This document shows, one piece after another, positions 58,023 to 64,000 of a stretch of 64,000 nucleotides of DNA. The position numbers and the translations under genes are program-made. How positions within the stretch are numbered: position 1 is the first letter of the stretch; each line of letters begins with the position of its first letter. The DNA comes from Bacteroidales bacterium (GTDB lineage: Bacteria > Bacteroidota > Bacteroidia > Bacteroidales > VadinHA17), in the NCBI GenBank assembly GCA_046329875.1, contig JAXLTT010000008.1, positions 62,365 to 126,364 of the forward strand, given 5' to 3'. The notes beneath the pieces were generated by a model that saw nothing but the letters and a program-made list of their open reading frames with translations, was not told the origin of the DNA and searched no databases.

Positions 58023-58406
58023 TTAAGCAGCCGGTGGTGCCCTTAAAAGACAGGTAAGGAAGCTGTCTTCCTGTAAGAATTTGATGTCATAAAAGGCAGG
58101 CTTATCAATCTGAAACAGTACCGCGGTGAATTCAGTGGAGACAGCCTTGTGCTCAATTGACAGGTAATTGTTAATTGAATTTATGAGAAAATATGCAGAA
58201 AACGGATGTTCATGTGAAGGTTTGCCATTACCCGTATGCTTATAAGGGTGTGAATGAACTACGGGAAGTCCATTAACAATATGTGTATGGTTGAAAAAGA
58301 TACTGCCTGCCTGGTAAGACAGGAAGATTGTCAGCAGGCAAATGCCTGTAATATTTCTTAAACCCCTTTTCACAGTGTAATATACATACTGCTGTTCAGG
58401 GGTCAA
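58023..58406 (-). CDS. small membrane-anchored His-cluster protein, unknown function
   Basis: One N-terminal hydrophobic helix. Seven His in residues 40-67 (NHTHIVNGLPVVHSHPYKHTGNGKPSHEHP). There is no ATG: the start is the TTG at 58406 or an in-frame GTG 11 codons downstream. Confidence 0.5.
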   Translation of the reverse strand: MTPEQQYVYYTVKRGLRNITGICLLTIFLSYQAGSIFFNHTHIVNGLPVVHSHPYKHTGNGKPSHEHPFSAYFLINSINNYLSIEHKAVSTEFTAVLFQIDKPAFYDIKFLQEDSFLTCLLRAPPAA

Positions 58407-58455
58407 ATATAGCTAAAAATTCTCCCTGCCTGCTCCCGGTGTTCCCGACTTTGTT

Positions 58456-59643
58456 TCAGAATGCTGAAACAAAGCCAAGACTCAGTCTCCCGTACTGTGT
58501 TCCCGAAAGCTGGTATGTTCCTTCGGCAACAAGTTTAAAGTTCCTTCTCAGCAGGTAGCCTGCATGCAATGTTACTGAGCTGTAATCGAGATCCGCAATG
58601 TCGGAACCAACCCAGTTTGCCATAGCCAGGAGATACCATTTACTCATATCTCCTTTCGGTGAATAAATAAGCTCTACAAAGCCACCCTGTGTTGAGGCAT
58701 CACTGTGTTTTGAACTGTCAGCCTCGAGAAATACCTGTGAATCGGTCCTCCTGACATACTGACCGTTAATTATAAACCTGTCATCAAAATTTATTTTAAT
58801 ATCCGGGCCATACATTGTGACATTACTGTTAAAGGGAGTTGCAAGGTCCATAAGTTTTTCACGACCAGTATAATAGAAAGCACCAAGGGTAACTTTTTGT
58901 CCGGCTGCCTGCGACAGTCTGAACATAAAGTTTTTATGCTTATCAGTATCAAACACACCCTGGTCTATTCCGCAGCCGTTTAAAACCTGGAGTTGCAGGG
59001 TGGTGCCGGATTTAAAAGGTTTCTCAATCATAATGCCTCTTTCATACTTCAGCCTTGACAGTGAGTTTCCTGGTGCGGCATCGTAGATCCTGTATTCTTC
59101 GAGTGTGTATCGGAGTTCGGATTTAAACAGAGGATCTGAAGCCTGGAACTGACCTACATAGAAATTGAACCCTGTCTTAAATACATCACGGAACATAATG
59201 AATGCATCTTCAATCCCGACAATTGAACCACCCTCGTTCATAAGAAAATAGAAGTAATAGGAAATTTTGTCGGATAATTCACCGCCTGAAATAAGTTTAA
59301 GTATGTAAGGCGATGCGAAATCCACCTTCCCCGACTTGTCATAATTGGCAAGAACATGGCCATCAAAGCGTATTGCAAGGGGAAGTTCCCTGAAGAGGGA
59401 AAGATTATCATCACCGGTGGGTATGAAATACCTTGGTGATTCATATTGTGTCATCCTGAAACCGTTGTTTGCAAACTCCTCGCCGAAGCCTTTTAGTCGT
59501 GCAATTGAAGGAGCATGACATACCTGGCAGCTTATCTGGTATTTCCTTGCGAAAGCCGGTATTGCATTTGCTTTTGCCGGGAAGAGGAGGCTTATAATTA
59601 CAATGGCCGCAGCCGGCAGCCAGGGCAAATATATCTTTTTCAT
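58456..59643 (-). CDS. fused monoheme c-type cytochrome / outer-membrane beta-barrel protein (Cyc2-like architecture)
   Basis: Signal peptide ending AKANA|IP. A single CxxCH (CQVCH, nt 59515-59529). About 340 aa of amphipathic beta-strand pattern ending ...LSLGFVSAF, with the C-terminal Phe typical of outer membrane proteins. Confidence 0.65.
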   Translation of the reverse strand: MKKIYLPWLPAAAIVIISLLFPAKANAIPAFARKYQISCQVCHAPSIARLKGFGEEFANNGFRMTQYESPRYFIPTGDDNLSLFRELPLAIRFDGHVLANYDKSGKVDFASPYILKLISGGELSDKISYYFYFLMNEGGSIVGIEDAFIMFRDVFKTGFNFYVGQFQASDPLFKSELRYTLEEYRIYDAAPGNSLSRLKYERGIMIEKPFKSGTTLQLQVLNGCGIDQGVFDTDKHKNFMFRLSQAAGQKVTLGAFYYTGREKLMDLATPFNSNVTMYGPDIKINFDDRFIINGQYVRRTDSQVFLEADSSKHSDASTQGGFVELIYSPKGDMSKWYLLAMANWVGSDIADLDYSSVTLHAGYLLRRNFKLVAEGTYQLSGTQYGRLSLGFVSAF

Positions 59644-59669
59644 AATGCGGAACGATTAAATTGAACTGA

Positions 59670-61052
59670 TCAGGGAAGAATAGTTACACTGGTACTGTGC
59701 TCGTTTACAACTTTAATTTCCGATTCATCGGCGGGAACCTTCAGCAGTTCGGCGACCGGCTTTACAAGAAGCTGGTAGTTAAGCACTGCCTTGACCTTAA
59801 GTTCTCCCGGGGCGACATCATTAGGTAGCACAAATGTGAATTTTTCAACCTTTGTCTCGCGCGGCCCCAGCCGGTAATCAACCCCTGTCTTCGCTGTGTT
59901 CCACTGCATTATTGTCATTCTTCCCTCGGGGTCAAAATATGGCATCCTGAATATCCTGTTCCCTGCAGGGATACCGTCTCGCTGTACTCCTTTAAAATCA
60001 TTTATCCCAAGAGGCAAACCCATGTCCTGGTAAGCAAGATAATCGCCCGAGATAGTGTATTCCTCACCATCAAATCCTTTCTTGTCTACATTCAGGTGAT
60101 ATGTTTTTCCTTTGGAATCGGTTGCATTAACTTCAAGCCAGGCAATCCTGTCTTCAACCGACCCTGTGGGGAATTTATGACCTGTTTTCTGGTTGAAGAG
60201 TGCGACGGTGAATATAATTGTTTCACCAGGCTCTGCTTCACGGATATCAGGCTGAATCCGCAGTTCAATAGTACCCCTTACCTTACCCGGATCGTGTGCA
60301 CCATGGAAAAGGTGCAGCCGTGAATCGTTGTAAGGGTTTGCCATAAGAGCATTAAGGAATGGCCCACCTTTTGGCATATGGCAATCCTGGCATACAACAC
60401 CCGCTTCAGCATATGGTCCCTCTTTCCACTCGAGCTGTGTGCTTTTGACCCAGGTTCCGAAAGGATTCTGCTCATTATGGCAGTTACCACAAAATTCTGT
60501 AGTCCTGAAAAAGTCGTTTGTAATGATCTTATGGGCCGGAGATTCTACTGAAGGTTTCCGGACAGCATATTTTGTGATGCCTGGTTTGATGAGATAGCTG
60601 AAATTATGAGGTGTTTCAGCTGTTGTCCCCTGGGTAAGGTGGCAGACCTCACATGATACCGACTCGTTAGCCATGCTGTTCTCGGATGGACGGGGCGGAG
60701 GAAACTGTTTTCCCCCAATGTAGGCCAGGGGTGTATGACAGCCGTTACAGCCATCAATGACATTTTTTATCTCAGGCTTTGCGTTTGAATGAGCCACGGC
60801 CAGGTCGAAATACTCAATTTCATCCCACTCGTGAGTATAAGCCTGCGACATCATGGCCTGTTTCCATTGCTGGTAAATACTCGGATGACAGGACGCACAT
60901 TTCTTTGATGATTCAAAGTCCTGGTACGTGTATTTACTCTTGGGATCTTCCTGTGGAATTGTACGGGAAGTTCTGAAAGAAAAAGCTACCCCGACAACCA
61001 CGAATGCCAGTATTATGAATACCGGCAGCATAAGTTTTGCCCTTTTTTTCAT
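59670..61052 (-). CDS. membrane-anchored pentaheme c-type cytochrome with heme-free beta-rich C-terminal domain
   Basis: N-terminal hydrophobic anchor. Five CxxCH motifs (CASCH, CNGCH, CEVCH, CGNCH, CQDCH) all lie in residues 52-225. Residues 226-460 have none. Confidence 0.8.
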   Translation of the reverse strand: MKKRAKLMLPVFIILAFVVVGVAFSFRTSRTIPQEDPKSKYTYQDFESSKKCASCHPSIYQQWKQAMMSQAYTHEWDEIEYFDLAVAHSNAKPEIKNVIDGCNGCHTPLAYIGGKQFPPPRPSENSMANESVSCEVCHLTQGTTAETPHNFSYLIKPGITKYAVRKPSVESPAHKIITNDFFRTTEFCGNCHNEQNPFGTWVKSTQLEWKEGPYAEAGVVCQDCHMPKGGPFLNALMANPYNDSRLHLFHGAHDPGKVRGTIELRIQPDIREAEPGETIIFTVALFNQKTGHKFPTGSVEDRIAWLEVNATDSKGKTYHLNVDKKGFDGEEYTISGDYLAYQDMGLPLGINDFKGVQRDGIPAGNRIFRMPYFDPEGRMTIMQWNTAKTGVDYRLGPRETKVEKFTFVLPNDVAPGELKVKAVLNYQLLVKPVAELLKVPADESEIKVVNEHSTSVTILP

Positions 61053-61166
61053 AGATGAGGTTTTTCACCCAAAAAGATAAGCAAAATTTGCTAATTTTCT
61101 ATTTTTACATGAACATATCTTACTACACCGACAATCAAACCAACCAATCATAATAAAGCTAATTAC

Positions 61167-62558
61167 ATGAAAAACTTACCATCACGCAGGAAATTCATCC
61201 AGCAGCTTGGAGGAACATCGGTTCTTCTTGCTGCCGGTTCTCTTGGCACTTTTGCTGCCGGGAGAGAAAATGAAATGACAAGGCCTTACACGGCACGTTT
61301 CAGTGCCAATGATAAGATAAGGGTGGCAACTGTCGGAATGGGTATCATGGGCAACGTTGATACCGATTCAGCTATTAAGGTACCCGGGGTTGAACTTGTT
61401 GCCGTGTGCGACCTGTATAATGGCAGGCTTACCAGGGCCAAGGAAAAATATGGCAGCCATATATTTACAACCCGTGATTACAGGGAGCTGCTAACAAGGA
61501 AAGACATTGATGCAATTATAGTTGCCACGAGCGACCATTGGCATGCCAGGATTGCAATCGACGCTATGAATGCAGGAAAGGCTGTTTATTGCGAAAAACC
61601 TGTTGTCCAGAAAATAGCCGACGGACTGCCTGTAATTGCAGCACAGAAAAAAACAGGAAGGCCAATGCAGGTAGGGAGCCAGAGGGTAAGCAGCATCGTT
61701 TACCGCAAGGCAAAAGAACTGTATAAAGCCGGGGCCATAGGGCAGCTTAACTGTATTGAGGCATCATTCGACAGGCAGGATGCACTTGGTGCCTGGGAAT
61801 ATACAATGCCCACAGACGGGAACCCTCAGACAGTAGACTGGGACAGGTACATCGCAGGTATGAACAAAGCACCATGGGATCCCAAAAAATTCTTCTGGTG
61901 GAGGAACTATAAGGATTTCGGAACAGGTGTTGCCGGTGACCTTTTTGTCCATCTTCTTTCGGGGATCCATCTTATCACAGACTCACTGGGACCGAAAACA
62001 ATCTTCGCATCAGGGCAACTGTGCTACTGGAAGGATGGCAGGGATGTGCCAGATCTTATGACTGCAATTATGCAATACCCCGAAACAAACGTACACCCCG
62101 CATTCCAGGTTATGCTGAGAGTGAACTTTGTAAGCGGACAGGGTGACAAGGGCATTACCAGGTTCATTGGAAATGAAGGTGTGATTGAAATGCTTGATAA
62201 CGGGTTCAGTCTTACAAACAGCATCATGTCGAAAGCCCCTGGCATTGGTGGCTGGGACGCTCTTACATCCTACCCGCAGGCGATGCAGGACGAGCTTGTA
62301 AAAAAATATAATGAAAAATACTCCGTAGATGATCAGAAGAGGCCGCAGAAAGCACCCGTTAACTATGTTGCACCGGAATCATACGACGAACACTATGAGC
62401 ATTTTGTGAATTTCTTCGACGGCGTCAGGGACAACAAGCCCCTTGTTGAGGGACCGGAGTTTGCCTTCAGGGCAGCAGCACCTACTCTCGCTTGCAATGA
62501 CAGTTATTTCCAGAAAAAAATTATCAACTGGGATCCTGTAAATATGAAAGTGGTCTGA
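61167..62558 (+). CDS. Gfo/Idh/MocA family oxidoreductase with twin-arginine signal
   Basis: Tat motif SRRKFIQQLG. Rossmann segment VATVGMGIMG, and EKP in CEKPV. Confidence 0.85.
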   Translation: MKNLPSRRKFIQQLGGTSVLLAAGSLGTFAAGRENEMTRPYTARFSANDKIRVATVGMGIMGNVDTDSAIKVPGVELVAVCDLYNGRLTRAKEKYGSHIFTTRDYRELLTRKDIDAIIVATSDHWHARIAIDAMNAGKAVYCEKPVVQKIADGLPVIAAQKKTGRPMQVGSQRVSSIVYRKAKELYKAGAIGQLNCIEASFDRQDALGAWEYTMPTDGNPQTVDWDRYIAGMNKAPWDPKKFFWWRNYKDFGTGVAGDLFVHLLSGIHLITDSLGPKTIFASGQLCYWKDGRDVPDLMTAIMQYPETNVHPAFQVMLRVNFVSGQGDKGITRFIGNEGVIEMLDNGFSLTNSIMSKAPGIGGWDALTSYPQAMQDELVKKYNEKYSVDDQKRPQKAPVNYVAPESYDEHYEHFVNFFDGVRDNKPLVEGPEFAFRAAAPTLACNDSYFQKKIINWDPVNMKVV

Positions 62559-62676
62559 TAAACCACAGGCAATAAAAAAGATATAAGGAAGATCAACAAA
62601 GGCGACCACTTAACTGTTAAACTCATGAATGGGGGCGGATGGACTGCCCTCATCGAAAGAAAATGAGAGTAACAGG

Positions 62677-63333
62677 ATGAATGAAAAACCATGGATTGAA
62701 GTTGAGATCTGGAGTGATATAATGTGTCCCTTCTGCTACCTGGGGAAACATCGTTTCGAGAAGGCACTTGAACAATTCTATGCCCGTGATAAGGTAGGGG
62801 TAACCTGGAAAAGCTTTCAGCTTAACCCGGGAATTGTAACTGATGCCTCTGTCTCAATTTACCAGTACCTTTCACAAAATAAAGGTATTCCGTTCGAAAA
62901 GGCTGTTGAGCTAAACGCCAGGATCACAGAGGAGGGGAAGCAGGAAGGGCTGGTATATGATTTCGACAAGGTGATTGTTGCAAATACCTTCAGGGCACAC
63001 ATACTGCTTCACCTGGCGAAAAAAGCAGGCAAGCAGGGCGTGGTAAAGGAAGCATTGTTCAGGGCTTTCTTTTCAGAAGGCAGGAACATCGACGACCCGG
63101 CCGTTCTGAAGGCCGTTGCTGCTGATTATGGACTCGACCCTGATTATTTAAATTATTCTCTTGACGACGAAGCAATTAATGATGAGGTGAGAACAGACTT
63201 CTATGAAGCCAGGCAACTTGGGATCAACAGCGTTCCGTTTTTTGTCTTTAACAAACGTTATGGGATAAGCGGGGCACAGGATCCTTCCCTGTTTCTGCAG
63301 ATGTTTAATAAACTTACAATTCAAAATAATTAG
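62677..63333 (+). CDS. DsbA family oxidoreductase (FrnE/HCCA isomerase-like)
   Basis: Thioredoxin-fold CPFC motif (DIMCPFCYLG). ATG at 62677 (the track starts at 62629). Confidence 0.8.
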   Translation: MNEKPWIEVEIWSDIMCPFCYLGKHRFEKALEQFYARDKVGVTWKSFQLNPGIVTDASVSIYQYLSQNKGIPFEKAVELNARITEEGKQEGLVYDFDKVIVANTFRAHILLHLAKKAGKQGVVKEALFRAFFSEGRNIDDPAVLKAVAADYGLDPDYLNYSLDDEAINDEVRTDFYEARQLGINSVPFFVFNKRYGISGAQDPSLFLQMFNKLTIQNN

Positions 63334-63336
63334 AAA

Positions 63337-64000
63337 ATGCTACAGACCATTATTGGCTCAGGAGGAGCAATCGGTACCCCGCTGGCCAGGGAACTGAAAA
63401 AATATTCAACCGACATCAGGCTTGTAAGCAGGAATCCCAAAAAGGTGAATGAAACAGACCAGTTATTTCCTGTTGACGCTTCTGATCTGTCGCAGCTGGA
63501 CAAGGCAATCGAAGGAAGCAGTGTTGTATATGTTACAATAGGTTTTCAGTATAACATAAAGGTCTGGAGAGAGACCTGGCCCCCTTTCATTAAGGCTGTT
63601 ACTGATGCCTGCAAAAAACACCAGGCTAAACTTGTATTCTTTGATAATGTGTATATGTACGACAAGTCGGCAATACCTTTCATGACAGAAAGTTCACAGG
63701 TTAATCCCCCGAGCCGCAAAGGGAAAGTAAGGGCTGAGATAAGGGATATTATACTCAGAGAGGTTGAAAAGAAGAACCTTACAGCCCTTATTGCCAGGGC
63801 AGCCGATTTCTATGGTCCTGAAAACAGGAACAGCAGCCTGGGAATTATGGTTGCCGACAATCTGATAAAAGGTAAAAAGGCCCAGGCCTTTGGCAATATA
63901 GACAGGGTTCATACATATACCTACACCCCCGATGCAGCAAAGGCGACAGCAATACTTGGTAACTCAAACGATGCCTTCAACCAGGAATGGCATCTACCAA
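63337..64000 (+). CDS. NAD-dependent epimerase/dehydratase (SDR) family protein, 3' end cut by window edge
   Basis: ATG at 63337. I translated the frame by hand and it stays open to nt 64000 (MLQTIIGSGGAIGTPLARELKK...ARAADFYGP). Rossmann GSGGAIG. It is absent from the ORF track because it has no stop codon. Confidence 0.75.
   Translation, partial: MLQTIIGSGGAIGTPLARELKKYSTDIRLVSRNPKKVNETDQLFPVDASDLSQLDKAIEGSSVVYVTIGFQYNIKVWRETWPPFIKAVTDACKKHQAKLVFFDNVYMYDKSAIPFMTESSQVNPPSRKGKVRAEIRDIILREVEKKNLTALIARAADFYGPENRNSSLGIMVADNLIKGKKAQAFGNIDRVHTYTYTPDAAKATAILGNSNDAFNQEWHLP

Noticed and set aside
61043-61049. A7 run in codons 2-4 of the pentaheme cytochrome gene (ATG AAA AAA AGG) as a slipped-strand switch
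   Set aside because: Lys-rich signal-peptide n-regions routinely produce such runs (several other genes here start MKK...). Seven bases is below the usual phase-variable length.
59670-61052. Reading the pentaheme cytochrome as NrfA nitrite reductase
   Set aside because: The heme count and length are similar. However, there is no CxxCK motif, the C-terminal half is beta-rich rather than the long NrfA helices, and there are no nrfH/nrfBCD genes nearby. It may still be worth excluding by HMM search.
1-64000. Search for tRNA, rRNA, tmRNA, known riboswitches, transposases, integrases, and phage or defence genes
   Set aside because: No intergenic segment shows a cloverleaf-like or rRNA-like sequence. 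No ORF translation shows DDE or tyrosine/serine recombinase, Cas, restriction-modification or toxin-antitoxin hallmarks. The patatin-like and YwqK-like genes stand alone with no defence-island context.

Overview
Dense, mostly housekeeping chromosomal segment, about 62 CDS. I found no rRNA, tRNA, CRISPR array, transposase or integrase. The lineage looks like Bacteroidota: several TAnnTTTG-type -7 boxes, many lipobox lipoproteins, the TPR/DUF4292-like/M23 trio, and a PurF-like protein starting MGGFFG. Main blocks, left to right: (1) an A2-type caa3 cytochrome c oxidase cluster (subunits I, III, IV, II with fused cytochrome c, then ctaB), cut off at the 5' window edge; (2) a membrane protein / wHTH regulator / CreD cassette; (3) scattered metabolism and glycan/peptide degradation genes (lspA, ArsR, polyprenyl synthase, ALDH, MFS, GH95, S15 peptidase, pfk); (4) a long minus-strand run uvrC-ade-mnmG-ybeY-HATPase-EnvC-like-DUF4292-like-TPR; (5) pheS, ruvB, nadA, rpiB, hemW, a purF-like gene, nfo, mntH, pdxH, GH20. 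The most unusual locus is a minus-strand block at 52.4-61.1 kb. It holds a membrane-anchored pentaheme c-type cytochrome, then a signal-peptide / single-CxxCH / beta-barrel protein whose architecture matches Cyc2-type fused cytochrome-porins, then a small His-cluster membrane protein. After an intrinsic-terminator-like hairpin comes a CzcA/CusA-type RND tripartite pump in the order MFP-RND-TolC. I interpret this as a candidate outer-membrane electron-transfer / metal-handling module, and that reading is inference from architecture only. Two related heptad-array palindromic elements (CTTWGTG ... CACWAAG) sit at convergent gene ends at 8.5 kb and 52.3 kb. All calls come from reading the supplied translations and the DNA; no database search was possible.
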